Shown: positions 42,771-52,901, counted from the first letter of the stretch. The stretch is DNA of 64,000 nt from an uncultured Chloroflexia bacterium (GCA_963700285.1 CAVOXA010000001.1:1312001-1376000), one strand, 5' to 3'. Numbers and translations: made by a program. The notes: generated from the letters alone by a model not told the origin.

Positions 42771-44084
42771 TCATTGTGCGTGCGCGTGGCTACCCATCCG
42801 CTGCTGTCTGGGCAGAGCTGCTTCTGCTGCAGCTATGCTCTGAAATACGGCCGCCAGGCGTGGCGCGTTTTTCTCGATGCTGAACTCGGCTTCCACCAGG
42901 GCCCGGGCGTTTTGACCCAAGCATTGTCGCAACGTTGGATCAGTGGCCAGTGTAGCAATAGCGTCAGCCAGTTCCACTGCGTCGCCAGGTGCGACAAGCC
43001 AGCCGGTCTGACCATGGCGCACCAGCTCGGGGATGCCCGAGACCGGCGTCGATACTAGCGGTAGGCCCGCTGCGCCCGCCTCCATCAGTACAACTGGAAT
43101 GCCATCCATGTCCCCACTCGGTGCCACCTCCGAGGCCAGCACAAACAGATCGTGCTGATGATAAGCATGGACAACCTCAGGGTGGGGACGAGCCCCGAGG
43201 AGCTGAACTCGTTTCTGCAATCCAGCGTTGTGTATTTGGCTATGCAGCGCAGACTCAGCAGGACCACCGCCTATAATGGAACAGGTGAACTCTACGCCTC
43301 GGCGCTGCAAAAGCTGACATGCGTCAATCAGGTGAGGATGGCCCTTCTTTGCTTTCAGGCTGCCTACAGACAGAATCCTTATCGGTTGGTTGGTTGGGCG
43401 TCCTGTTTCCGCTGCCAGCCTCTGTCGAAAAAGCGGCAGGTTCACGCCACAATGGATCACAGAGATGTCTTTGGCTGCGTGCTCAACTATTGACTCCAGA
43501 TGCCGACGATTGTAGTCCGATATCGTCACAACGTGGCTGGCCTCGTTGACTACGAGGGGCAGCAAGTCATTGGAAATATAAATGTCATGAGCATGCGTGG
43601 TGACTGTAAAGGGCAGTCCCAGGAGGCGCGAGCAGACCCAAGCTGCTGCCCCGGATAGCCACGCAAAGTGAGTGTGCAGCAAGTCCACATCCTCACCCTT
43701 GAGGTGGTATGCTGCTCCCACAGCTCTGAGGAATATCACCAGGCGCTTGGCCATCGACACCCAGGGTCTTGGTCGGTGTGGCTGGCGCAACAGATGCGCC
43801 AACAGTCTCCAATACGCGCCCGGTGAGTTGAATGCATAGTGGAATTGCGCTCTCCACAGCTCGAGGGACAACAGACCTGGTGCATACCAGACATCGGGGA
43901 GCATCTGCTGTGAAAGGGGCTGCGCAGGGCCAGGCCCCGGTCCTAGGAGTGAAATGATGCGCACCTCAAGTCCCAGCTGTCGAATAGCCTGAATCTCCTC
44001 GGCGACAAAGGTCTCGGTGTGAAATGGGAAGTGGAGCAGGAGGTAAGCGATCCTTGGTGGGCGCATAGTCTGATTTCCGGTCAT
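42771..44084 (-). CDS. Glycosyltransferase family 4, WcaL-like
   Basis: ETFVAEEI, HTHFA, THAHDIY, KKG, DMDGIPVVLMEA, SGIPELV. Confidence 0.88.
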   Translation of the reverse strand: MTGNQTMRPPRIAYLLLHFPFHTETFVAEEIQAIRQLGLEVRIISLLGPGPGPAQPLSQQMLPDVWYAPGLLSLELWRAQFHYAFNSPGAYWRLLAHLLRQPHRPRPWVSMAKRLVIFLRAVGAAYHLKGEDVDLLHTHFAWLSGAAAWVCSRLLGLPFTVTTHAHDIYISNDLLPLVVNEASHVVTISDYNRRHLESIVEHAAKDISVIHCGVNLPLFRQRLAAETGRPTNQPIRILSVGSLKAKKGHPHLIDACQLLQRRGVEFTCSIIGGGPAESALHSQIHNAGLQKRVQLLGARPHPEVVHAYHQHDLFVLASEVAPSGDMDGIPVVLMEAGAAGLPLVSTPVSGIPELVRHGQTGWLVAPGDAVELADAIATLATDPTLRQCLGQNARALVEAEFSIEKNAPRLAAVFQSIAAAEAALPRQQRMGSHAHAQ

Positions 44085-45229
44085 GGCGGAGCCGGCTGGT
44101 GCTCAAGATGCTGAGGGGCCCGCGATGTCCTTCGGGTGTCAGCTCGGGTCCGGTAGAGCAGGTGATATAGGATCATAGTCAGGTAGCGCGGATAGGAGCG
44201 CCTATCACGCAGCAGACCGTAGTTATGTGTGGAAAAGTCAAAAGCGCCGTCAGGTCTCTGGTGGGTGAGCAGGTAACGGAAAGCACGTTCACTCTGGGAC
44301 AAATAATCCCCTAGTCCAAGTTCGTGTGCTTGGCGTAGGGCAGCAGCCAAAGCAGCGGTCCAGTAGTCTTCTTCTGGGACCTCCTTGAAACAATCATAGC
44401 GGGTGCTGCCACGCTCCGTCAAGCCGGTGGCCAAGTAGGCTGCCAGTCTGATCAGTATACGACGAATACCTTCATGTCTGGTGATTCGATAGCAATCCGC
44501 CAGATCCATGAACTGGAAAGCGTTGTACTGGTAGCATTGAAAATGGGGGCAGATGCCATAGGCGTAAACAAGTTCTCCATTCTCCATTTGGCTGTATTCT
44601 ACAAACCGGATCATTTCTTCAAAATGGTCAGGATGGTCAATGTGCTGCAGGGTGCCCGTTGTTTGACAGATCTCTGCCATCAGCCCAAGGAACATGGTGG
44701 TTACATTGGGCACCATCCGTGTCAACCCGGCATAGTAGTTCAAGGCCAGACTATCTTTGAACCGGCGAAAGCCGATGACATTGAAAAGGGCATCATATCC
44801 CTTGAGGGCAGCATCCAGATCACTTGGGTTTCCTGTCTTTCGGTAGGCGGCGACCAGCCCGAGGCACGCCCACACGGTTTCAACAGTTGAGACTAGGCCC
44901 CGCCGCTCTCGGATGGGCGGGTGCTCCCACGCTCCGTTGGCAAGTTGCTTCTGAACAATAAAATCCGTGCTCCGGCCAACCATGTCAAGACATTCAGAAC
45001 TACCTGTCAACTCGTGCAGTATCAGGTTTGCCCGTATCCAGTAGCTCTGACCCTGAACATAGGCATATTCGTCTTTCCAGGGAAGCCACCTGGTATAGCT
45101 CTTCACGAAACGTGTGATCCGCCAGTTTATCCTGCCAATGGGATCAGGTCCCACATTTGCCCAGCCATCCCAGTGCGTATTCACTATGTATTGATGCAGT
45201 CTGACCGCTGCTTCCAGATATGGTTCCAC
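44081..45229 (-). CDS. Putative (alpha/alpha)6-barrel protein of polysaccharide clusters; function unknown
   Basis: Helical repeats with QLANGAW, QMENGE, QRPDGAF (QxxxGxW-like) motifs; translationally coupled within the EPS block. Confidence 0.5.
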   Translation of the reverse strand: MEPYLEAAVRLHQYIVNTHWDGWANVGPDPIGRINWRITRFVKSYTRWLPWKDEYAYVQGQSYWIRANLILHELTGSSECLDMVGRSTDFIVQKQLANGAWEHPPIRERRGLVSTVETVWACLGLVAAYRKTGNPSDLDAALKGYDALFNVIGFRRFKDSLALNYYAGLTRMVPNVTTMFLGLMAEICQTTGTLQHIDHPDHFEEMIRFVEYSQMENGELVYAYGICPHFQCYQYNAFQFMDLADCYRITRHEGIRRILIRLAAYLATGLTERGSTRYDCFKEVPEEDYWTAALAAALRQAHELGLGDYLSQSERAFRYLLTHQRPDGAFDFSTHNYGLLRDRRSYPRYLTMILYHLLYRTRADTRRTSRAPQHLEHQPAPP

Positions 45230-45299
45230 GGCGATTCCACCCCGTTAAGAGGTTCTTTGAACAGCCGCTGCCCAACGCATGCGCCGGGCCAACAATTGT

Positions 45300-46394
45300 C
45301 TATGCACTCTGTGCTGAGGTCATGGCTTTTTCGTAGACACGCATTGTTTGTTCGGCAATGCATGTCCACGACAGGTCCCTTCTTGCCTTCTCTTGTGCTT
45401 TCTGCCCCATCTCTAGTCTGGTCCTTCGATCTGTGAGCAGAGCTATGACAGCTTTGGCGAGGCTGGCGGGATCGTTGGGCGGTACTAGATAGCCGGTCTG
45501 CCCATGATCAACAACATCTGGAATGCCCCCTACGTTTGTGGCCACCACCGGCTTGCCAAAGGCATAGGCGATCGGGATCACGCCGCTTTGGGACGCTTCG
45601 AGGTAGGGCAGGACAACAATGCTGGCTGACTGAAAGAGTTCGGCCACCATCTCGTTTGGAATGTAATGGTTGTGCAACTCAAAGTGGCCGGGATTGACCA
45701 TGGTCTGTTGGTATTGATCCAGTGAGTCTCCCCGCCCGGCAATGACAATGCGCGCATCAGGCACTTCCCTGGTGATCAACGGTTCTGCTTCAATGAGGTC
45801 CTCCAAGCCTTTGTACGCCAAGATTCGCCCAAAAAAGAGCACCGTGTTGGGGTGTTCAGATAGGTCCTTTCGGGTCCATGTCTCATAAAAGTCGTAGGCA
45901 CCGATGGGGACCACATGGACCCGATCTCGTTGACAACCATGCTGGCTGAGCAATTTTCGCCTGTCCGCGTCGGAGTGCACAATGATCTGCTTGGCCCAGT
46001 GCCACTGAAGGGGGTAGAGGAATCCGGGATTGCGCCCCCACCCACCGTCCCCTGGGTGCGGGCTGACATCGTGTACCGTTGCAACCAAGGGAAATGGTGC
46101 GGATCGTCCCAAGCCTGGGGTGCCCCACCAGTGCCGAAAGGTGATGTGAAGGAGGTCCGGATCCAGAATTCTGAGTTGGCGACGTAGGTCACGTACCATC
46201 GCCAGGTTGGCTGGCTCCCGATACCGGGGCATGTGAAAAAAGCAAAGATCGACCGTCGTCCGATCTAGCCCGTCTGCCAAACCGGACGCTGCCTCTGGCA
46301 GCAGCAGGGTGATCTTGCACAATTTGCCCAGTGCATTCGCCAGTTGAACTGGATATGGTGTTGTATTCCTGAATTCAATCAGCACAGCGTGCAT
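45300..46394 (-). CDS. Glycosyltransferase family 4
   Basis: ATVHDVSPH, LFFGRILAYKGLE, LPYLEASQSGV, GKPVVATNVGG. Confidence 0.88.
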   Translation of the reverse strand: MHAVLIEFRNTTPYPVQLANALGKLCKITLLLPEAASGLADGLDRTTVDLCFFHMPRYREPANLAMVRDLRRQLRILDPDLLHITFRHWWGTPGLGRSAPFPLVATVHDVSPHPGDGGWGRNPGFLYPLQWHWAKQIIVHSDADRRKLLSQHGCQRDRVHVVPIGAYDFYETWTRKDLSEHPNTVLFFGRILAYKGLEDLIEAEPLITREVPDARIVIAGRGDSLDQYQQTMVNPGHFELHNHYIPNEMVAELFQSASIVVLPYLEASQSGVIPIAYAFGKPVVATNVGGIPDVVDHGQTGYLVPPNDPASLAKAVIALLTDRRTRLEMGQKAQEKARRDLSWTCIAEQTMRVYEKAMTSAQSA

Positions 46395-46438
46395 ACTTAC
46401 TCGCTTCTTTGCAGCCTGGTTTCCACGTACCGGAGACG

Positions 46439-47272
46439 CTACAAAGAATCGGTCTCCTGTGCCTGGTCGAGTGTCGCTACTCTCTTGCTGATCCGCCTTC
46501 TTTGTTCCGCGTCAAAGATCTGTTCGTACTTGACTGATCTTGTGTCTCTGATCGCCCCGTCAGGGTTGCTCTTCCATCTCTCATCGCTGCGGACGATCTT
46601 TTCGTGTATCGCCGCTAGATCGAGGCAAAGATCCTCGTCTTTCAGGTCAAGCCGTGCGAGTAGTTCATGATAGACTCTATCGACATCATCCAGAACATGC
46701 TCGTAGCGTACGAACACATGACCTGCATTGCCAAAGTACTTGGCAGATTCCCTCAGGCAGCGGTTATACTCTGCGATCGCGGTCTCCAGGTCTCCGTACC
46801 TTTTCCATGCCGCCGCTTGCGGGTATTTCTGGGCAGCGTCCACGAGGGAAGCAACGACATCAGGTCCATCCCTCAGAACGTGTACGAACCTGGCCGATGA
46901 GATGTGACGCCTGATCAGGCGGATGTAGAATAGATGCGCCGGGGTCTTTTCCAACCATGCTGACCTACCCCTGGCTGTTGCTTCTGAAGACATCAACCCC
47001 TCAAAAAAGTGCGCGGCAGAGCCAAAGGACCTCACTTGATCTGGATGGTGCTTGAGCAGGAGTCCATTCTGCGACTGAATAAGGGCGTAGGCCCAGGCGA
47101 CCTGCGCGCGATCCAGGAAGAGATAGTCGAGTACCTTGCTTTTCCCGGCCCGGCGTATTCTCTGAAAGAAATGTGTCTCCCGGCAGGTATAGATCTCGCT
47201 ATGACTGCCGAGCAGCGTCTGGACCAGGGTGGTGCCAGACCTTGGACAGCCTACAATGAATATCCTGTTCAT
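46439..47272 (-). CDS. Sulfotransferase (PAPS-dependent)
   Basis: 5'-PSB loop IVGCPRSGTTL, ETHFF, WLEKTP, VLRDGPDVVAS, VRYE. Confidence 0.88.
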   Translation of the reverse strand: MNRIFIVGCPRSGTTLVQTLLGSHSEIYTCRETHFFQRIRRAGKSKVLDYLFLDRAQVAWAYALIQSQNGLLLKHHPDQVRSFGSAAHFFEGLMSSEATARGRSAWLEKTPAHLFYIRLIRRHISSARFVHVLRDGPDVVASLVDAAQKYPQAAAWKRYGDLETAIAEYNRCLRESAKYFGNAGHVFVRYEHVLDDVDRVYHELLARLDLKDEDLCLDLAAIHEKIVRSDERWKSNPDGAIRDTRSVKYEQIFDAEQRRRISKRVATLDQAQETDSL

Positions 47273-47320
47273 CCACAGCCTCTCATCTCACTCATCGGGG
47301 CTGGCTCAAGTTGATCTCAG

Positions 47321-48850
47321 CTAGTCTGCGCCGAGCAGGGGATCATCCGGCCCGCCTGTCCTCTTGGCGATCTGAATGGTGGCGGAAATCAGTGCAAAGA
47401 GGAGCCACATCAGTTGCACCCGCCTTCCCGTAAAGCTGCCGGAGAGCATGTGGATGATGGGGACTGCCAGGGCACCTGCAAGACCTGCAAAGACCACAGA
47501 AGCGTAGCGGTCCAAGACACGGATGGAGGCAAAGAGGGCGGCTCCTTCAGCAGCCAGCAGCAGCCAGACAAAGGCCAGGAATCCGAACAGCCCGGTTTCA
47601 ACCCACATTGCCAGGTAGCTGTTGTGGATCCCGGATATCTCCAGCTCTTTTCCCCACAACTCAAGCGGCGTATACTCGCCGCTGTCTATGGCGAATTGTT
47701 GATTGTTCACCCCCACACCGCCAAACATGTAGTCCTGGATGATATTGAGAGCCATCTGGCTGTGCCAGATCCGGCTCTCGCCGGAACTGCGGTCCTCAAC
47801 GGAGAAGCGCCCGGCTATGAGCGTTGCAGTACCTATGCCGATGAGCGCCAACGCAGCAAGCACTTGGAACAGGCTCCTAGTGCTGACTTGCCTGGCGATA
47901 GCCCGAGCGGTCACGATGAGAAAGCCAACGGCAAAAGCGATCCAGGCACTTCGGGACTGGGTTGTCACCAGGGCCAAGATGGCCGTTGACAATGCTATCA
48001 GGGCCAGTTGCTTGTTTATCAAGCGGCCGCCGGTCAGGTAGGCGGAATAGATCAATAGGGCGCTCAACGCCAGATAGGTTGCGGCAAGGTTTGGTCCAGC
48101 AAAGGTGCCGCCCGGTCGCCGTGGTGCGCCTGCGACATTGCTGCCGACGGAGTAGGTGCTGACCCCAAAAGCAGAGAACTCGAGGCCAAATGCGAACTGC
48201 AATAGAATGATCAGGCTGACGAGCACGACGCAGATCGCCAGCGTCGTGGTCACAAGCCGCACATCGCCCCAGGATCTGACGTGCATGGCTACGTAGAGAA
48301 ACATGAGCAAGAACTGGAGCTGTAGGATAATCTGGGCAATGCTGAACCAGAGCTCGGTGGCCTGCCAGGCCGACACGATAGTGGCAAGCGTAAAGGCCAG
48401 GGCCGGTACGGCTATTCCTGGCTCGACGCGCATTCTTTTACCGTCTGCCCCGGACCTGTTCACAAACCAGTGCGCATACCCAAGCACCAGTGCAAAGCTC
48501 ATGAGCGAGATCAAGATGCCGCCTGGGCCGCCCCGGTGCTCTGGCCTGTTGGCGAGCGAGATGTCGAGACCAAGTGGAATGTCGATGACAAAGAGCACCA
48601 GGACGAGTTTTCGGATGTCCTTGGCCAGGATGGCGACCGTAGGCGCTATCGTGGCCAGGAGGAGCAGCCCGGCCCAGGTGGGCGGCAGCTGCCTGGACAG
48701 GACCACGACCAGCCCCACAACCAGCCCCAGGAGCACGGGACTGGCGATCCCGATGGCCTGCCAGGTGCCTCTGGATCGGGCCAGGGCGCGAACTTGCTGG
48801 CTCCAGCGAGGAGCACCCTGGGTCGGGGTGTGAAATTGCACTAGGCCCAT
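47321..48850 (-). CDS. O-antigen ligase / Wzy polymerase family membrane protein
   Basis: Multiple TM helices, RPGGTFAGPN, TQSRSAW, GVGVNN, IHNSYLAMWVETG. Confidence 0.85.
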   Translation of the reverse strand: MGLVQFHTPTQGAPRWSQQVRALARSRGTWQAIGIASPVLLGLVVGLVVVLSRQLPPTWAGLLLLATIAPTVAILAKDIRKLVLVLFVIDIPLGLDISLANRPEHRGGPGGILISLMSFALVLGYAHWFVNRSGADGKRMRVEPGIAVPALAFTLATIVSAWQATELWFSIAQIILQLQFLLMFLYVAMHVRSWGDVRLVTTTLAICVVLVSLIILLQFAFGLEFSAFGVSTYSVGSNVAGAPRRPGGTFAGPNLAATYLALSALLIYSAYLTGGRLINKQLALIALSTAILALVTTQSRSAWIAFAVGFLIVTARAIARQVSTRSLFQVLAALALIGIGTATLIAGRFSVEDRSSGESRIWHSQMALNIIQDYMFGGVGVNNQQFAIDSGEYTPLELWGKELEISGIHNSYLAMWVETGLFGFLAFVWLLLAAEGAALFASIRVLDRYASVVFAGLAGALAVPIIHMLSGSFTGRRVQLMWLLFALISATIQIAKRTGGPDDPLLGAD

Positions 48851-50391
48851 ACCCTCCTGAAGCGGTCTCTAGTTCGGGACAACACGAAGCGGTCCTCCGC
48901 TGTGAGACCCAGCAGCATGGTAGCGACGGCGTATGCCAGCCAGAGGACAGCAACGTCGACGAGCAGGTACAACAGGTGGCCTTCCGGCGGAAGCAGCCTT
49001 CTCAGAAGCAGGCCCGCGCCCATTGCCACGAGGCCTGCAACCAGGGGTTTGACGAAGGCCAGGTCCCAGGGCCAAACCTCAACCAGCCAGTGTACCTGTA
49101 GCAGCCGAAGAGCATTCACGATGACGCTGCCCAGCGTGGTAGCCAGCGCTGCTCCCACCAGGTCATAACGTGGGATGAGGATAGCGCTGAGGGTCATCGA
49201 CAATGCGACCGTTGCGAGTGTGTTGCCAAGGGACAGCTTGGAGTGTCCGGTCATGACAATCAAAGCGCTGCACAATCCGGTGACTGCCGCTACCATTGTA
49301 CCTATGCTGACGATGATCAACACGGGCGCTCCGGCCTCATAGTCCTCGCCAAGGATCGCCAGAATTGGTCTGGCAAAGAGCACGACCGTAACGAAATAGG
49401 GCAGCAGGAATGAGGTCGACCAGCGGGTCAATGTCTGGTACAGTTGTCTGAGCTGTGCCATCTCTCCCCGGTGATACAAGTCGGAGATAATCGGTTTGGC
49501 TACCAGATCGCTTGCAGTCAGAAGCATACCGCCAACAGCCTGGACGCTTACCGCGGCACTGTACACGCCCACAGATGTCAGCGTGCCGAATACTCCTAGC
49601 AACACCAGGCCGAAGGAAGTCCTGAGGTTCACAATGACTTGGGTCAGGCAGACGGGGGCTGAGAAGGAGAGCAGCTCGCGGACATTGCGTTGGGCTGGAT
49701 TCAAGGGCCGTCTCAAGGGAAAGAGGCGATTGAGGAAGAAAACCATTACTACCGTCTCAAGGAACCAGGCAAGGACGAAAGCTGCCAATGCCCCCTGCAC
49801 GCCTAGACCGAGCGCCAAGAACAATACAGTCAGAACTAGCCTGCTGACGTTGAACAGGATGCTGTCAACGTACAACTCGTACTGCATTTGTTTGAAAGCT
49901 CGACAGGCCGCCAGCAGAATGCGCCCCAAAGCCAGGAGGGGAATGGCAAGGCTGGTCAGACGCAGAATAGGCGTTGCTTCCGGCTGCTTGAAGAGATAAA
50001 CGGCCAGCAGGCCAGATAGGCCGAGAAAGATCGCTGCCAACAACGTACTGATCACGAACGGCAGGGTGAGCCCTACCTGCAGTGCACCCCATACCCGCAA
50101 CTCGTCGTGATCTCGAAGGGCAGGGGGCAGGAATCGTATCAGGCCCTCTGACAAGCCAAGCCTGGCAACCGCGCCCAGAAGAATGGCTGCTGTTACCCCC
50201 AGGGTGTAGAGCCCTAGGCCTTCTGCACCGAGGGCGCGGGCAACGATGATACCAAAGACAAAGCGGCTGCCATACTCGAACATGCGGCCGAAGAAAATGA
50301 GCCCGCCACCCTTGGCGGCCAACAGAATACTCTCGTGGGAGGATACATCATCCGGCCTACCTGTGGTCACGGTCATGCGGCTCTCATCCAT
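48841..50391 (-). CDS. wzx: Wzx-type oligosaccharide flippase
   Basis: ARALGAEGLGLY, RELLSFS, VGVYSAA, LIPRYDLVGAALAT; multiple TM segments. Confidence 0.85.
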   Translation of the reverse strand: MDESRMTVTTGRPDDVSSHESILLAAKGGGLIFFGRMFEYGSRFVFGIIVARALGAEGLGLYTLGVTAAILLGAVARLGLSEGLIRFLPPALRDHDELRVWGALQVGLTLPFVISTLLAAIFLGLSGLLAVYLFKQPEATPILRLTSLAIPLLALGRILLAACRAFKQMQYELYVDSILFNVSRLVLTVLFLALGLGVQGALAAFVLAWFLETVVMVFFLNRLFPLRRPLNPAQRNVRELLSFSAPVCLTQVIVNLRTSFGLVLLGVFGTLTSVGVYSAAVSVQAVGGMLLTASDLVAKPIISDLYHRGEMAQLRQLYQTLTRWSTSFLLPYFVTVVLFARPILAILGEDYEAGAPVLIIVSIGTMVAAVTGLCSALIVMTGHSKLSLGNTLATVALSMTLSAILIPRYDLVGAALATTLGSVIVNALRLLQVHWLVEVWPWDLAFVKPLVAGLVAMGAGLLLRRLLPPEGHLLYLLVDVAVLWLAYAVATMLLGLTAEDRFVLSRTRDRFRRVWA

Positions 50392-50415
50392 TGGGTGCCG
50401 GACTCGCGCAGGCTG

Positions 50416-51942
50416 TCAACTGGATCGCCTGCGTCTTCCCGTCTTCTGCACCAGGACTAGGCCCGCCATTGGCGCCCGGACCGGACGTAGGCGCTGCAAC
50501 GCACCACGCAACTCTTCCTCGGTCGACACTGATAGGTCAAGCTGCAGGACGACACCGTCGACGGCGTGGGCCAAAGAAACCGCATCGGGTTCTGCTAGGA
50601 CAGGTGCCACGTTTGTAAACACCACGTCCTCCTGCCTAGAAGCTTCGTTGAGCATCGCTTCCATACCAGGTGAACTAAGCAGTACAGACGGATTCGCCGG
50701 CACCGGGCCTGAGGTTATCACTGAGACCCCTGGTGTTGAGGTGTTTTGCACTGCTTCGTGCAGCGATGCCTGCCCAGTCAGGATGTTGCAGAGACCCACC
50801 AGGTTGCGCAGACCAAAGTGTTGGTGCATGCTGGGCAGCCGCAGATTGGCATCTACGAGGAGAACTCTCTTCCCAGCCTGGGCCAGCATTGGGGCGAGGC
50901 TGGAAAGAACCTCGGTTCCACCCTCACGCGGGGTGACACAGGTAAACATGATGGACTGGTCTGGAACGTCCTTCAACGCCGCCAGCAGACTCGCGCCCAG
51001 GAGCCGGTACGGCTCCTCAAGCCGCTGGCTGGCACGGTGCTGGACAGCATCACCCCTCTCCACTGCTGGTAGAAGGCCTCTTGGCACCGTGCCCAAAACG
51101 GGCAGTTGTGCAAGCCGCTCCGCCTGCTCAGGCGTTCGGATTCGTGTGTCCAGGCTTTCCAGCAACAGCGCAAGGCCGATCCCTCCACACAGGCCGATGA
51201 CCAGCGCAAGGACAATCTCCTGCCGTCCCAGTTTGTTGGACGGTTCCGAGGGGAGCGTTGCCGGGGAGATAATCTTGACACTGTTCGCACGCAGGGCTTC
51301 GTACGATTGCACCAATTCCGCCCGGTCCAGCCCCCGGCTATACACGTTTTCTTTTTCCCTAATTTGCCGCAAAAGGCCACTTGACACAGCGGACTCTCCG
51401 TCCTGGGCCTCTGCGGTTGCAAGCAGTGCATAGTCTTCTCGAAGTTCGTTTTCAAGACTGGCCGACTGCTCCTCAAGGATCTGATCCGCGCTTGACTCGT
51501 AGCCGACATTGGCGGTTTGGGCGTATGCGATCAGCAGTGTTGCCAGTTCATTTGCCAGATCCCGGGCTCGAGAGGGGCTGGTGTCCTGCACATAGATGGT
51601 CATCAGCTCCGAGTCCGGGATCATCTCTATCGATACCCTGTCGGCGAGATCTGCAGCAGTGAGCGAGGGGTCTCCTCCCGAAGCGCGGTGGATGGCTTCC
51701 TCCAACACCGGTTCGCTCTTCAGGGCCTCAGCGTAGGTCGTGACTATGCGATCGGCGACGAACTCGCGGGGGCTGAGGTCGTAGACGCCCACGTCCCAGA
51801 GCACGCGCACGATGGCCTGAGATCTGTAGACCGGGGGGATCAAGATCCCGGCCACTGTCACTACGACCATGGCCAGGGCTGCAACAGCAAAGACTGCCGG
51901 CAGGCGCCGATAAATCGTCTCCAGAAAACGACGGATCTCCAT
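50416..51942 (-). CDS. Polysaccharide co-polymerase (Wzz/CapA domain) fused to a degenerate BY-kinase domain
   Basis: Two TMs, PPVYRSQA, ESLDTRI..LPVLGTVP, Walker A' VLLVDANLRLP. Walker A and Walker B are degenerate. Confidence 0.85.
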   Translation of the reverse strand: MEIRRFLETIYRRLPAVFAVAALAMVVVTVAGILIPPVYRSQAIVRVLWDVGVYDLSPREFVADRIVTTYAEALKSEPVLEEAIHRASGGDPSLTAADLADRVSIEMIPDSELMTIYVQDTSPSRARDLANELATLLIAYAQTANVGYESSADQILEEQSASLENELREDYALLATAEAQDGESAVSSGLLRQIREKENVYSRGLDRAELVQSYEALRANSVKIISPATLPSEPSNKLGRQEIVLALVIGLCGGIGLALLLESLDTRIRTPEQAERLAQLPVLGTVPRGLLPAVERGDAVQHRASQRLEEPYRLLGASLLAALKDVPDQSIMFTCVTPREGGTEVLSSLAPMLAQAGKRVLLVDANLRLPSMHQHFGLRNLVGLCNILTGQASLHEAVQNTSTPGVSVITSGPVPANPSVLLSSPGMEAMLNEASRQEDVVFTNVAPVLAEPDAVSLAHAVDGVVLQLDLSVSTEEELRGALQRLRPVRAPMAGLVLVQKTGRRRRSS

Positions 51943-52001
51943 CTATCCTATATCTCCCAGCGCGGCGCGCAGCCCTACACGGGACAAGTTGGAAACGGGC
52001 A

Positions 52002-52718
52002 TTACTTGGCCCCAAACCCGCCTAGCACGACCAAAGGTGTCAATAACAGCACCTTGATATCCAGCCAGAGGCTCTGGTGCTCGATATACTGGATGTCATA
52101 TTGTACTATATCGTCGAAAGTCAGGCAACTTCGCCCATGCACCTGGGCCAGGCCGGTCACGCCTGGCAGCACTTCCAACCGCCGGCGATGCCGGGGCAGA
52201 TACGCTCTGACCTCCCATGGTAAATTGGGTCGCGGCCCGACCAAGCTCATCTCACCCTTCAGGATGTTTATGAGTTGTGGCAGCTCGTCCAGGCTGGACT
52301 TTCGCAGAAAGTGCCCCACCCGGGTGACCTCAGACTCGTCAAAAGGCTTGTGGATTTCCTTACCGGTCCCGCTTGCATTGGCCGAACCGTTCACAAAGGA
52401 ACGCAAGTACGCTCTGTGCGCAGTATCATCCAGCTTCCAGTGCAGGGTACGAAACTTGTACATGCGGAATCGGCGGCCATCCTTCCCCACGCGCACCCGG
52501 CGGTATATCGCAGGTCCTGGAGAATCCAAGCGTACTAGCATGACGATAAGGACCCACAATGGCCAGATGAATGCGAGCACCAAGAGCGAGAGGCCGATGT
52601 CCATCCCACGTTTTGTTATCCGATATGCTCGTCGAGCAGGTACCATCGCCGTTCCGGTCGCGGTTGCGAGTTCCATGGCTTCTCTCTTTGAAGGTGGATG
52701 GTAATCATTGGTGGTCAT
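52002..52718 (-). CDS. Priming sugar-phosphate transferase (WcaJ/EpsL-like)
   Basis: KRGMDI, DSPGP, FRMYKFRT, LRKSSLDELPQL, GEMSLVGPRP, PGVTGLAQV. Confidence 0.92.
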   Translation of the reverse strand: MTTNDYHPPSKREAMELATATGTAMVPARRAYRITKRGMDIGLSLLVLAFIWPLWVLIVMLVRLDSPGPAIYRRVRVGKDGRRFRMYKFRTLHWKLDDTAHRAYLRSFVNGSANASGTGKEIHKPFDESEVTRVGHFLRKSSLDELPQLINILKGEMSLVGPRPNLPWEVRAYLPRHRRRLEVLPGVTGLAQVHGRSCLTFDDIVQYDIQYIEHQSLWLDIKVLLLTPLVVLGGFGAK

Positions 52719-52901
52719 GGGTGTTCAATGTCAGGAATAGATGGTCTGGGCGCGCTGGTGGATCACCAGCATAGCGCCAGTACGAAGCCACACGTTCTCA
52801 ATGTGGCGACGGGATGAGCCGGTCAGGAGGTAAGTCTCCCCTGTTGCGGCCTGGATGATTCCATTCTCCTTGTCCTCTCATCTCTTCCCATTATTCGCCC
52901 G

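Noticed and set aside
46439-47272. Monobactam (sulfazecin-like) pathway suggested by a sulfotransferase plus Cys-TE
   Set aside because: The sulfotransferase sits among EPS genes ~19 kb from the NRPS, there are no Dap biosynthesis genes, and the terminal A-domain codes look acidic rather than Dap-like.
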